DNA of 64,000 nt from Camelus dromedarius. Lineage: Eukaryota. Position numbers and translations under genes: made by a program. The first letter of the stretch is position 1, and each line of letters opens with the position of its first letter. Under the pieces are notes generated by a model, which saw only the letters and a program-made list of their open reading frames with translations, was not told the origin of the DNA and did no database searches. Below are positions 51,311 to 64,000 of this stretch, piece after piece. The DNA lies in contig NC_087436.1 of the NCBI RefSeq assembly GCF_036321535.1, positions 107,014,001-107,078,000 on the forward strand, in the 5' to 3' direction.

Positions 51311-52149
51311 TTTTAAGATGGACCAAGAAATGCATTACATTATCAAATTAATTAAACAATTAACTTCTAATAAATATTTTCCTATTACAAAATTTGAAAT
51401 TATTGAAAAATGTTCAATTAGTATTTGGTATCATGTCATCATTATTTTCTCATAACACTAAATTATCCTTTGAAAACAAGTTTGTCTATAAATTAAAACT
51501 TAAAGATCAATCTCTGTCTCTCCATCTCTGTTACAAACACATCCATGCATATATACACACACACACAATTTTCTGAAACAATGAGAGTGCAACAAAGATT
51601 TCCTTGGGATCATCATTACAAAAAAATGACATGATGAAGTGTATGAATAGGGGCTGGATTCTCCCCTTTTCCACGGTAAGCTGTAATTGTAAAGGCACCT
51701 GTCTAAAGCAAAATTAAGGGAGCTAATATAAGACTAGTGAATTTGGTGGGTCAGACACATCAGTGTTAATACCAGTGACTATTAAAGGGTTGTTTGAGAG
51801 CAGAGACAGAGGTGGAGGAAATGTGGCAGTTGCCACGCAGTGGTGAAAATTACACGTTCAGGTTCTCTCAAGAGGAAGCCCCTGGGGTCTTCCATAAATA
51901 GTTGATGAGATGTTTTCCCTTCAATGGCAGGTAGGTGTGAGCCTGGGAGATAAGTTTGACACTAACCCTAATGAGCACATAATGTTCCAAATCCTGATGT
52001 TTTGATCTTTGATGTAACAGAAGCTGTTTCTACACTAAGTCTTCAAACAAACTGAAAGTAAAAGGATAAGTGATGTTTACGAATGCATTTGAGTATCAGA
52101 GCTGTGTGTTTATTTTAAAGCAAGTAGACAGGATCAGCATTTGAGGACA

Positions 52150-52300
52150 TGAAATGATGTCCACGATGGCCTGGATTTGGGGAGCTTCTGGTTCTCACTC
52201 TGCCTCTGCCCTAGCTCTGTGACTGAGCAGGATGCTTGGTTTTTCGACATCTTATTTTCCCTACCAATAAAATGGGGGAGTTTAATTAAATATGAGACGC
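52150..52300 (+). mobile_element. MIR SINE
   Basis: 'ctggttctcactctgcc...ctagctctgtgact...taaaatgggg'. Confidence 0.6.
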
Positions 52301-52309
52301 AAAATGACT

Positions 52310-52622
52310 GACTTCGGGACCTAAACATATTTTGTTTGACATTTTGTTTTGGCATACATTTTTTTTAATTAAACTTGTTACCAACATTGAAAAATTAGGA
52401 GTTTTTACACAACATATAGATTTACAGCTGCTTTAGAACACCTTAAAGATACTCAACCTTCATTTCAGCATGAGGCCAAATGTCTGGATTTGAATTACAC
52501 TTGCCTTTAGCCAGAATCCAATTCCTACATGTCACTCTCCATTAGCCAGAATCCCATTCCTACCATCCCTCTATGTCACCTGCCTGACTCTGCAGGGATG
52601 AGGGTTCATGACACCTTGAACT
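52310..52622 (+). mobile_element. hAT-Charlie element (MER102-like)
   Basis: 'ttaccaacattgaaaaattaggag' and the terminus 'tatgtcacctgcctgactctgcaggg...gttcatgacacc'. Confidence 0.55.
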
Positions 52623-53189
52623 AGCTGCTACTAGGTCCCTTTCATGCTTAAGAGGCCATGCCTTCAATTTAATTACTGCGAACAGGGGACCTAGTGAGAA
52701 CTGCTATAAAAAAAGGCTAAAGTCTATCAGGTGCTTACTCTGCCACTGCATCCCAAATACCTTTCTTCTGATCAGAGAATAAACTCCGAAGAAGCTATCT
52801 CACAAAAGAGGGGAGATAATGCAAGAGAACCCAAAGGAGTATGTCCACCTCTTCAAAATCCACAGTATAATACCTCCTCGTGACAAAACCTCCTGACCTG
52901 ACTGGCAAGCGATTGAAACGCTGCATCCACTCTGTCCAGGAAGATTAGCGTCATTGTTAAACTTGAGTGAATGGACATTTTTGAGCGCCTGCTGAAGACC
53001 AGACCCCACACCACATAATAAAAATAGAGATCCATTAGAGACAATCCCTGCCTTCATAGCCTTAGACACCTGAATACATAGTTTTAAAATATATACTTTT
53101 AAAAATATAAAATATATTTAAATTTTTAATAATCAATAATTTTAATCAATGCATTAATAGAAGTAGATACAGTACAGACATAACATAAA

Positions 53190-53600
53190 TAAAAAGTGGT
53201 TCCCTTTGCATTTACTGTTTCTCTGTCTGGAACATTTTTCCCCAAGTTTCCAAGTGGTTCATTCTTTCTCTTCCTCCACATCTTTGTTTGGATGTCTTTG
53301 CTGATCAACCTATCTAAATTGAAACTGCCCATCCCTCCAGCCTTAGCATCCTGTACTCTTTCCTGCTCTATTTTCTCCATAGCACTGATAGTCAATCTTT
53401 CATTCTGTATATTTCACTTATTTATTTTTTATTATAGTTCACGTCCCCTACTGGAATGTAAGCTCCATGAGGCAGGATTTTTTTTTTGCTTTTTGTTTTT
53501 TGTTTTAGTTTTGTGCACAATCATTTCCATATTTGCTAGAACAGTGCCTGGACGTAGAAAGCACTGGATAAATATTGGCTGAATGATTCAATGAATGCAG
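53190..53600 (+). mobile_element. L2 3' end
   Basis: 'ggaatgtaagctccatgaggcagga...ctagaacagtgcctgg...taaatattggctgaatga'. Confidence 0.85.
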
Positions 53601-53829
53601 TAATCAGTTCGGCAAACTTGCTGAAGAGATGTCTATGAACTGATGGGTTTTGAAGGGTGAATGAAAGGTTGCTATGTTAAATGATAAACTCAGGGGAGAA
53701 TATTTTAGGAAAAGAGAGTTGCATGTGTAAAGGCAAAAATGTGAGAAAGATCACTGCATATTCAAGCAGAGTGAGGACTGAGAACTATTACGTGTATATT
53801 ATCATCAGTAATAGTGGTCATGCACCTAT

Positions 53830-54140
53830 TACAAGTTACAGCTCCAAGGAGTATTAGACACTCTTATAAGCCCTCTGTAGGCAATGCTTCATTTCATTCT
53901 CATAACCCCTTTGAGGTCATCAGATTTCACCCCATTTTCCAGATGAGGAAATTGGGGATCAAATATCTTGCCTAAAGCCACAGGGCAAGTAAATGTCAAA
54001 AGATATTTGAATTAGTTTGATGTCTCCAAACCTGTGCTCTGAACACAGGGAGAATTCCATTCCAATTTTACTCAATCCTGGCTCCATCATTAACTAACCA
54101 GAGGTTCACCTTAGCCAAGGGTGGCTCATTATTCTCATGG
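53830..54140. mobile_element. MIR (minus) followed by a MIR fragment (plus)
   Basis: 'cccattttccagatgaggaaa...cttgcctaaagccaca', then 'aatcctggctccatcattaact'. Confidence 0.7.
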
Positions 54141-55039
54141 TTTTCGATCTTTAAAGAATATTTTTATGAGCCACATGCATGACAAAAATACTGGATGGCA
54201 TACAAAATCTTCATTTCTTTGGTCTAAAATGACTTACTTGCAAGTCAAATTGATGTTTTCCCCTCCAAGATTCCATTTCTTTATCTATTTGTCTAAAGAC
54301 ACACATGCAGTCTGAGATAAGAATCCAAAAGTTTCAACTAAAATCTCCTTTGTCATTTGCAATAATCCTTTATGATGTTGTAAAAGAAAGGGAAAGAGGA
54401 AAGGGAAGCTAGAGAAAGAGAAAAGGATAACTTCTGATTTCAAAACATACTAATCTTCCCTCTCTAAGGACTGCTATTAGGCATTTGTTTAGCTGGTGCT
54501 GATTTGGAAACCAGTTGAATATACAGTGTTTATTTCAAAGCATTATTTTCCCCTGCCACTCTGTAATTTTTCTGGGAGAATATTTGCATTTAGATGCTAC
54601 CTGTATAAAGTGACAAATATGACCACAAACAATTTGAAGACAATGAGAAAGAATAGTTAAAGCAAAGTGGAAGAAAAGGCAGTTGCAAAGGCACAGAGTG
54701 AGAAGATAAAATGAGAAAAGGGGGCTCATCGATTTAGCTTCACATAAAATAATGGGAAATCAAGAGACACAGGAAAGAGTAAGGACAAGTCAAAGAAAAA
54801 TCAAAGGCACTGAGGGTGCTATTTTTGTATATTAAAACATAATTAATATTCATCATGCTCTTTAAAGGGGAAGTGGAAAATTGAGGGAGACAGAAAAGCA
54901 AAGGAAAGGAGTGAATAAATGGTTTGAGATAATGAGAGGATAAAACATAGATAATTGGTAAGATTGTATGGCTCAAGCCAAAGTATAAATAATCCAACAA
55001 AATGCTATTTTTATAATGTTGAAATATTTCCAAAATAAT

Positions 55040-55165
55040 AATTCATTCATTCATTCACTCAGCAGTGTTTGGAGGATACCTACTGTGTACCAGGCCCTGT
55101 GCTCAACCCTGGAAATATAAAGATATATAGACATGGCTTTTCCTTCAAGAAAACTAGAATTGGAC
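55040..55165 (-). mobile_element. L2 3' end
   Basis: 'attcattcattcattcactca...cctactgtgtaccaggccctgtgct'. Confidence 0.8.
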
Positions 55166-55759
55166 ACTTTTCTTATGATCAAATCCTTTGAATGGAAGTT
55201 AGAGATTCAAGAGACATTTCATATCATCTCTCCACCACAAAATAAAAATGTGTCACTTGAAACACTAAACTACCTTGCATTAAGCACAGACTCTATCTTG
55301 TTTTTCATAAGGATGTCTTTTGACCTATACTTGGCATTCTGTGTCACTTCCATGTGTCATGGATTTCAAACACAGAGGAAGGAAGGGGCACCAGATGAGG
55401 AAAAACTAGTGAAAGAAAAACTTCGCAATTTATAAAGATGAAAACAAAGAACATAAGTCTGATTCAAAGCATGCTTTAACAGAATAAGTGCTTGCTTGTT
55501 TTCTTGGAGAAATTCACAGGACCAGAAGGAAACTGGATATGTGCATACATACGCGGATGTGTGTGCACACAAGCATGTCAGGTAGAGGGGGATCTCAATA
55601 CACAGATGGCTAACAATGTACATTGAAGTCAGTGAAGATCTGAATTATGTTGAAGGAGAGGCATAAAGGAGCTGAGTCAGAGAAGAATTCGGAGTGTTAT
55701 CATATGCTGGGCAAAGCAAACCACAGGTGGAGAAAAAGAGTTCTGAGTAAAAGCTAAGA

Positions 55760-56285
55760 ATATTATCTTTAACTTGACATTTGCAGCAGCCTCCAAATAC
55801 TCCCCTTCATTTTTAGTCTTTAGATACTCCATGCATTTCGCCTGTTGATGCTTGATTATTCTCCGTGGACCACAGGTTTACCCTGACCACACTCATCTGG
55901 TCTCCTACTTGATTATGCTCAATGGTTCTTACTAATTCTGGTTATTTGTTAAGCATTCAGCATCATCTAAAACCTGACCCTACGCTCTTTTCAATTGTAT
56001 TTCTCACTTTACCCTTTGACAAACCAATTATTCCCTAATCTTAGGAAATACCCTACAATTTTTTATTTCCAAACATAAGTTTGCTTAGGTTTATTTCCAA
56101 ACATTCTGTTTGCTCTACATTCCTGTCCCCATCTCTTCATGCTCAGATCTTGCTTATTTAAGACCCAGCTCAAACGTGACTTATTCCATGAAATCCTCCT
56201 TGATGTTGCCAGATGGAAATGACCACCTCCATCTCTGAATTCCCACAGCACAGTTTCTGTTCTTTCTAGATATAATCTCACTAAA
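55760..56285 (+). mobile_element. L2 fragment
   Basis: 'tgcagcagcctcc', 'ttaagacccagctcaaacgtgact...ccatgaaatcctcc' and 'ctctgaattcccacagca'. Confidence 0.6.
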
Positions 56286-58689
56286 GGAAAAGCCTGTTTC
56301 AGAGTCAGGTCTATATCACCTAAATAGAGCCCAACACCGTATCTGACTATATAGGACTAAATTAGAAGTGGAAAGGAGCTCGTATTGGTTTGGTTACATG
56401 GAAACAGTAGAATGGGGGTAAAAATAGTGGGAAACAGTTGCTGGAAAGAGGGACTGAAGATAATTAGGAGATGGTCAGTAAACTGATTTCTAAATACCAA
56501 GAAATACTATAATATTTGTCAGCACTAAGATATATCTTAAATCAACTGCCAGAAGTCAATTTAGAATACATATTCCATGTGCTTAATCAGTTTATTAAAC
56601 AATATCCAATTCCAGAATTACATTTTTCTAGTTACTGTATGTTGATATAGATAAATATTTGGTAGGGTTAATCAAGTTTGTCTATCCATTTGGGATGGAT
56701 TGAAAACTTTTATACAAAGTAGATGATAACTTTGCTCATAATTTCTCACGTTTTCTTCCTCTCTTTATAACTTTATGTTTATAATTATTTTGAATGCTCA
56801 TAAATAATTATGTAATGTGCAATAACCTTGTCCATGGGGTTAAAAACAAACATTTTTAGGCCTGCCAGCCTTTATTTTAGCTGACTAGGGAATCTCTCTG
56901 CGTATTTCTGATACATTCTAGAGTCACGATTTTGTGTCCTGATGTGATTAGCCCAGCATATGTCTGAGGGTGAACACCTGAGATTTTTTTCAGGTGCTCA
57001 GAACCCCTTTCTGCTGGAGTATCATTTTAGGTCCTGCACAACTATAGCACAAACTAACTTGCAAGTTTTGTGCATAAACTTCTTGCAAACCTGTGGTACA
57101 CACATAGGATGCAGTATATTTTGTAAACAGATTCTATAAAGCCATTGCCCTCATTACTTGACTAAAATGCTAAACTCTATTCAATCATATACATTTATTC
57201 TCTTTAGAATGGTCACCTGAGACTGTCTATACTCATTCCAGAACTGGAGCCTTTTCTTTCTGCATTCAGAGTTTTTGGGGTATTAGTTAGGGGATCCCCT
57301 CCTTTTCCTTGGCCTTGTGTTTCCATGAAGCAATGTCAGCTAGAGTCAAATTCTGGCTGTTTACCTCAATGCAGTGTCTCTTAGGAGGAGGGATGAGTTC
57401 CTTGTTTGTTAGGTGCCATTAACTGGTCCATGTTTCCCATTTAGTTGTAATGAATGTAATAAAAACCTGGAGGCCAGGGAGACTGTCGTCCTATTCTTCT
57501 CTCTCCTCCCTCCATTACTGCAGGGCATCCTAAGATGTTCATACAGATCTTGTCATTGTGTGTGAGGGACCTGCTCCTGCACCAGATTTCTGTTTCTACC
57601 CCATCAGTCAAGGATTGGGTGGATCATTCTGTCTCATACCAAAGTTGATGGATCAGCAAGTCTACATTTCCAGAGATCTCAAGTCAGAGATTTCAATCAG
57701 CATTAACACTGTAAATGTGGTAAGTCGCTCTCTATGTAACTCCTACATCTGTCTCTAAGTTGTTTCCAAATTCAGCAATAGAAGATAAGGATGTTATATA
57801 TTGATACACTAAAACTCAAGCCAGGTCATTTTGATGTTTATTGGTAGCAAATCTACCTTTTTTGAGGATGCTTTGATATACTGAAACAGCCAAAGATATT
57901 TGTAACTCTTCGGGTGAGGTGAGTATGGTGGGTCACGTGGCTGGTGACAAAATTAAGTGATGCAATTTAGGACAACAAGAGTGAGACTTGATTCCTGAAG
58001 CTGGCACTGAACTCAGATTTTCAGAAAGTTCTGAAACACAGTTTCATCATTAGCTCACATTCACAACCTCCCAAGATGATGACTTGGAATGATAGCATTC
58101 ATTTGGATGCACAATTCCAATATCCTTATTAAAAAATAAATCATACTACTTTATAATTACATTTGGAACTTGAGGATAGTTGCTGCTAGATGCTTCAGGC
58201 TGGGTTACTAGGCTTCACAATCCTCTGCTAAGATTTGGCCTCTCAAAGAATTTTTCTTACATTACGTGTTTGGCATTTTGCCAGAGGGTTGGGTTGAGAG
58301 ACACTATAAGAAAAGTTTAATTGCTACTTGGCACTGTTTTTGTACCACTGTGTCATTGACAACATATTGTAAGAAATCACACAAATCCCCCTTTTGAGAG
58401 CTCATGTAAGGACTTTCTCATTTATCACTAAGAAAAAATAGCCCTTTTCTATGCCAAAGATTTTTTTTATTTTTTCATGTCATATTATATGTTTTTATAT
58501 TCAAAGGCATCCTGCTTATAAACAAGTGGAGTAGAAATAAATAGATGTAAAAAGATGAGAAAAAACTATATTTACCTACTGTATTCTTAAGAATATCATT
58601 GAATGTGCTTGAAAGAACATCCTTTATAAGCCTCTTCATGCAGGGGCAAGATCTAAAGGCCATGCTCAAGTAAAAACAACTGCAACAAC

Positions 58690-59160
58690 AACAAACATTT
58701 ATTGAGCTCTTGAGGTGATGCCATAGTATATAGAGGTTAAGAGTGTGGATACAGGTACCTAACTGCTTGAGTTCAATTTCCATCTCTGCCTCCTACAGAC
58801 TGTGACTTAAGCCAATAACTAAATCTCTCTGGCCTTCAATTTCACCCTGTGTAAAGTTAGGGCAAAAAAATCAAAATGCAAAATACTTATTTCATAGTGT
58901 TATTTTTAGGATTAAATGAATTCATGCATGTAAAGGACTTAGAAGAATGTCTAACACATAACAAAGTCTATGGAAATTTTACTTCTTTTTTTTTGTTATT
59001 AAGTCCTTGCTCTGTTTCAGTCATTGTTCTAAGAATTTAAGTGTACTATCTCACTGGATTGTCACTTCAAACCTGTGAGAAAAGTAATATTATGTCGATT
59101 TTACAGAGAAGAAAACCAAGGCACAGGATTGTTATGTACTTCCTGTAGGTCATATGAATA
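58690..59160. mobile_element. MIR (plus, about 58710-58985) with adjacent antisense MIR pieces
   Basis: Plus copy 'ggttaagagtgtgga...ggattaaatgaattcatgcatgtaaagg'. Antisense piece 'ttttacagagaagaaaaccaaggcaca'. Confidence 0.75.
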
Positions 59161-59494
59161 ACAATTGATAATCAACCACCACCACAAGATGATGACAAAA
59201 CTGCACCTAAAGAAAGATGAGTCCTGTAGGCACTAGAGCTTTGAGTCTTTGTTGTTGTTATTGCTCTTATTTTGAAATATGCATTTTGAAAGAAGAGAGT
59301 TTCTCAGGGCAGCAAATGAGAACCTGAGCACTGTGGGAGAGAAGTCCTAAGAAGAGACATGTGCAGTGCCTTGAGAGAAGGAAAGCTTGAGATCAGAACT
59401 ATCAGACAACACAGCTTTGGAGGGAGTTTGTTCTGAGTATGAAATGCAGGCTTCCTCTCCCTATGACACCTGCCCTCCCCCCGACTGCCGTAAA

Positions 59495-60658
59495 TGTGTG
59501 GAATATGGAAAAATGGTCTTAATTCCTCATTCTCCTCATAGCAGAATTACATATCCACATCCTTGCCATGGCTTCACCATAGCTTTGAGTGTATATCCCA
59601 CCCATTAACATATAGATTGTTCACATTGTTTTGGCCAATGGGATGTTATTAGATGTGATACAAGTAAATGTTTAAAATGTTCTTGTGCAATTGGGCTTAT
59701 TCTCTTGTACTTTTGTCATCACCACGAGGAGAACATACTTTAGGTATTCAATGCCCTCTAGCATGAAATCCAGAATGAGGCACATGGATCAGACCTGCCA
59801 CTTTGATCTGAACAATCCACAGTCTGAAGCAGAGCTGTCTGTCCCAACTGACCCTCAGATGCACGATTAACAGGAAATGAAAATGCTTGTAAGTGCAATG
59901 ACTTCTGACATCAATTACCTATAATTAGGCCAAATGTCACAGGTTAAGGACATGATCCTTCTTAAGACTGCCATGTTAGACACAAGCCACAAGTTTGAGG
60001 GTCCCCAGAACACCCTCACTTCTGATCAACTGGTTATAAATCTGATGATTCCCACTACTTCCTCAGGTTCAATACTTGACTGAGATTCCTCATAGAACTC
60101 AAGAAAGCACTATACTTATGGTTACAGTTTTTTTTTTTATAGCAAAAGAATACAAATCAGAACTAGTCAAAGGGACTGATGCATAGGACCATGGTCTGGG
60201 AGGCTTCCAAACATGAAATGTCCATCATCTCCTCTCCCCATGGAGTTGGAATGGCACACAGACATTTTACAATACTCAGGACATTGCCAATCAGGGGACT
60301 CATGCAAGCTACGGTGACCATGTAGTCATGATTGACTGAATCATGGCCTATGTGTCTCACTTTCCAGTCTCTCTCCTCTCCCCAGAAGTCCAGATGGTAT
60401 CACGTGGCTTCTCCCACCCTCTAATCACATGTTTGGTCTTTCTGGCATGATCAGCTCCCAATCCTGAGTTAGCATAAACTACCAGGACCTTCCATGAATA
60501 ACAAAGACACTCTTACCACTCAGGAGATTGCAAGAATTTAGAAGCTATCTCCTAGGAACTGGGGACAAAGGCCAGTCAAATTCTTTATTACACAGTAGGC
60601 CACTGAATCTTTGAGGTGATTTGTTATGCAGCATTATTGTGGCAATAGCTGACTAACA
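59495..60658 (+). mobile_element. MaLR LTR (MLT1H-like), split by a MER21 LTR
   Basis: 'ttggccaatgggatg...gaggagaaca...aaaatgcttgtaag' resumes after 60594 as 'ccactga...ttgttatgcagcattattgtggcaatagctgactaaca'. Confidence 0.8.
59894..60594 (-). mobile_element. MER21C-like solo LTR with TSD
   Basis: TG...CA ends with a 5-bp TSD gtaag/gtagg. Contains 'cttctgacatcaa...cacaggttaagg', 'ataacaaagacactc' and 'ggggacaaaggccagtcaaattctttattacaca'. Confidence 0.85.
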
Positions 60659-61867
60659 AGCATCACAAACAAACAAACAAAACACTAAACACCACACTGG
60701 TTTGACTTTTTTATGAAAAAATTCAATGGGGATAAGGGGACAAATGAAAGGACAATCATACATCTAGGTCTTAAATTCAAGCAGATAAATAATCATATTC
60801 ACTTTAATATATACTGAGATCCCATTCTAGCTTTAAAAAAAATTAAATGTCTTTGTAGTCTATGATCTATTATATTTCATCTGTCTTCCTTGCTTTGATG
60901 TAAGCCATGAGAGTTTTTAGAGCAGAGGATGAAATTTGTGGCTCTCGATGGAGACTTTTCCCCCCAAGAAATAGTTATCATTGTCCTCCTTGATTTTAGG
61001 TATTAAAGATGGAGAAATTCACTTACCCCAAATTCAAGTAGGGTAGCCAGTTAGCTAGGTAGTATAAACAACCAGAGTCTGAGATTTGCTTTACATAGAG
61101 GTTTTTAAGGTTCTCCCTAAAAGTATCTCCAACATTTCTTCTTTCCCCATGTATTTAAAGACACAGTTAAACCTAGTCTTATTTTGATTTTTAGCAGTAG
61201 TGCAATGGCAAAAAAAAAAAAAAAAAGAACCACTAGTGTATCACTCAAGAAATCTATCTTAGAAGTTCTGTTCTTCATTTGCTGTGTGACATTGATCAAG
61301 TCCCTTCTCTTCACTAGACCCCAAATTTTTCGTCTATGAAATAAAAAGATGAAACAGCAAATCTCTGAGTTCCATATCTGCCTGAATAATTCTGTTTCTC
61401 TATGACTTACCAGCATGACCTTGGAGGAATCATTTAACATCTTTGAGCCTGGCTTTCTTCATATCTCCTCCAGAGTACACTCCCTCACCTCAGTTAATAG
61501 TAAATCCACCCTTGGAGTCATTCTTGACTCCGACTTCTCAGATCCCACATTCAATCTGCCAACAAATCCTGTGGGTGTCAACTTCAATATATACTCAGAA
61601 TCCAATGACTTCTCACTGTTGCTAAATCCAGGTCTTCAAAACCAAGTGTATAGTTTATACTATAAGAGCTCATCTTAATTTGGACTAGCCTTCTCAATTT
61701 GGACGAATTGTGTTTCAGTGACCAATAGCCACATGTGGATAGTGACTACCGTATTACGAAGCAAAAGTCTAGAGTAAAAGTGTATTCTCCTGCCTAACCA
61801 ATGTCCCCATTTTAAAGTTCCAAATAGAACTGCTTGCCTTAAATGAAGTTTCATGTTCTGGGGGACT

Positions 61868-61922
61868 ACAGCCACCACCACCAAGCCCCCACCACTACAA
61901 CCACCACTGCAGCACTATCACC
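61868..61922. repeat. (ACC/ACT)n low-complexity tract
   Basis: Degenerate trinucleotide repeat, directly visible. Confidence 0.7.
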
Positions 61923-63466
61923 AGTTTCTTCTCACTTTGTATCTCTTTGTGGGACTGGTTTACTAATTTCCAAATCGCTTCTTTAAAAAAATGCTCATGA
62001 CTAACACTACCTTGATACATATCTTTATTTATTCAATACTCTTATATTAAACTTCTGCTATTACCCATAAAGTGTTATTCCTACCAGACAAGTGCTTCAT
62101 AAAGAAGAACACAAGAAGCAGACTACTGTTACCCTAAGGGGTAAGTTGATCTCCAGTGGTAAGATTCAAGTTGAGTTAGGGTTCAGAGCAAGAAAGAAAG
62201 AGAATAATTTTAGGCCTAGCTGGATTTTTTTCTTGCTCCTTATATCATAAATATAGTTGCTCTCTCTACTCATGCATTATAAGGCTTAAGACCAATGCTC
62301 CTATTCTCTTCCCATTCATTTGTTTATTAGTTCAATGAGCCATTGATCACTATGGACCAAGCACTGAGTGCTGTAAAATGCAGTTTTATGGCCTCCATCC
62401 TCATCAAACAAAGAAATTAGAATGATTTCTCTTGATGACTTTTCAAGGCACTATTTAATTATCCTAAAGGGCAGGAGGAACAAGACTCTTTGGATATGTT
62501 AGACGCACACTCCCTTGTACCAAGCATGACTTGGGCGGGCTTTTTATTTGTAACTTCTTTTCTAAACCCTTAAAGCAGATCGAGTTATTAAAACAGTAAA
62601 AGCCATTCTACCAAGTGTTGAAGTGCAAAAGTCATCTGGACACATTTTCCCCTTCCATAGGATCATTGAGTAGTAATGATCATCTAGCTCCGTGCTTTTA
62701 CTCCACAGGAATTACACGGGGGCCAAAAGGGTAAGTAGCTTTTATATAAGACCATATAATTAAAAGTGATAGTGGTAAGGACTGGGATTTTTTTTTACTT
62801 GATTTTCATTGTTTTTAGCTCTTTGTACAAAGAAAAGCACAGAAGTTTGTCTTTGTTCTCCGATTCCTTCTCCTCTGAGAACTACACAGTATTAAGGGGA
62901 TGATGGATTCCTTTCCTAAGAGTGATCATTACAGGCAAGCAATCAAGTCGCCCGCCAAAGATGGATTAAGCTGCACCCTTCCCACAGGCATAAAAGAGCT
63001 CGAGAGGTCAAGGGAGAGGCTGTCAGGCTGAGCCACTGGAGGGCACCAAATTATCTCTTTTAACTGGAACTAGCCAGCCACTTGTGGAGAGGAGAAAAAG
63101 CTACAGTGGACCAACTTGCATGAGTTTGAAAACAGAAGAAGGGAAATTCCTGCAATGCTGATTTTAATTCCAGTAGCATTAAGCTAAAAGAAAACTGAAC
63201 ACAAGCCAGGTATTCACAGGTAGATATTATTTCCTGGGATCAGAGACCCTCCTGGCTTATGCCAGACCTTCCATGGTCCAAGACCCAGCGAGACTGACAC
63301 TGTATTTTCACAAAGTTAGTCTTTAGAGAAGATCAAGAAAGGTTGGTGGAGAGGTTTTACTGAACCAGAATGATTTTTCACCTTTATTTTAAACTGTTCA
63401 GCCAAAGCCACTTGCCAATAGCCTCAGGAAAATATAAGATGAATGTCCATCTGTTCAGAAACCTAC

Positions 63467-63633
63467 AGAATCATCTGTTTTCATGGAGATAGGACTCGTC
63501 AGCGTGTCATCTCGTTTCTTATAATTCACCCTCATCGTCCTCCAGCTGATTTCGGTAGTATTTCAGCTGGTGACCCTCAAAGCCCATTAAAGAGTTTGAT
63601 ATTCCATTTTTGCGATGCTGGTTCTTCATTCAT
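63467..63633 (-). other. Candidate spliced exon (5'UTR/first coding exon or lncRNA exon)
   Basis: Branch-like GTAAC about 28 nt upstream, acceptor TTGCTTCTTGCCATCTCTCAG and donor TCT|GTAGGT. 167 nt with 6 CpGs in a CpG-poor window. Confidence 0.4.
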
Positions 63634-64000
63634 CTGAGAGATGGCAAGAAGCAATGAAATGTTACCTGGCATCTCTCTTCTACAGCAAGAGGAGATAATT
63701 GAGACTCAGAGCAATACCACAGGCTCACTTTGGAAGACAAGCAAACTTCAGTAATATGTGCACAATTCAGAGAGTCACAAATCTTCAACAAAGTCACAAA
63801 AGACCTTTGTTTCTGATGATCATCAGGTAAAGAATAAAAAGAACCCTGGTTTAGCCGGCAGACTGAGAAGTGGACAGGGACCAGCCTGGGTATCTCCATT
63901 AGCAATTAGGAACATGGTGTTCCATTTCTCAGTGTGGAGCACTTTACAAAGCTCTGGAAGATGCTATATAAAATGCATTTATCTAGTGCTAGGGTATAAT

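Noticed and set aside
61027..61116. 90-nt minus-strand segment with GTAAGT donor and one open frame (ENLKNLYVKQISDSG...)
   Set aside because: The acceptor has almost no pyrimidine tract and the peptide is not recognised. Likely chance.
1..64000. CRISPR array, operon, or other prokaryotic/viral system
   Set aside because: There is no repeat-spacer array, dense ORF packing or intact retroviral gene. Composition and repeat content are those of mammalian non-coding DNA.

Overview
This window is AT-rich, CpG-depleted mammalian DNA and is intronic or intergenic in character. A tRNA-derived SINE of the camelid Vic-1 type (3039-3185) and several young artiodactyl-type L1 3' ends point to a camelid genome (camel, alpaca or llama). 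I saw no Alu, Bov-tA, PRE-1 or Can-SINE. Roughly half of the window is recognisable interspersed repeat: L1, L2, MIR, MLT1/MLT2, LTR16, MER21, an ERV1-type solo LTR, MER82, MER81, MER3, MER5 and Charlie-type elements, with several nested insertions that still show target-site duplications (TSDs). I could not identify any intact protein-coding gene, RNA gene, CRISPR array or prokaryotic-type system, and the listed ORFs look like chance ORFs or repeat-derived ORFs. The non-repeat signals worth checking are a few exon-like segments with good splice signals (minus strand 63467-63633 and 4808/4982-5116; plus strand 57524-57918 and 22319-22407), a strong CTCF site with its upstream motif, AG|GT recursive-splice-like junctions and several enhancer-like motif clusters. 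Repeat family names come from remembered consensus sequences rather than a database search, and boundaries are approximate unless a TSD is quoted. I found no evidence that supports a new biological system.
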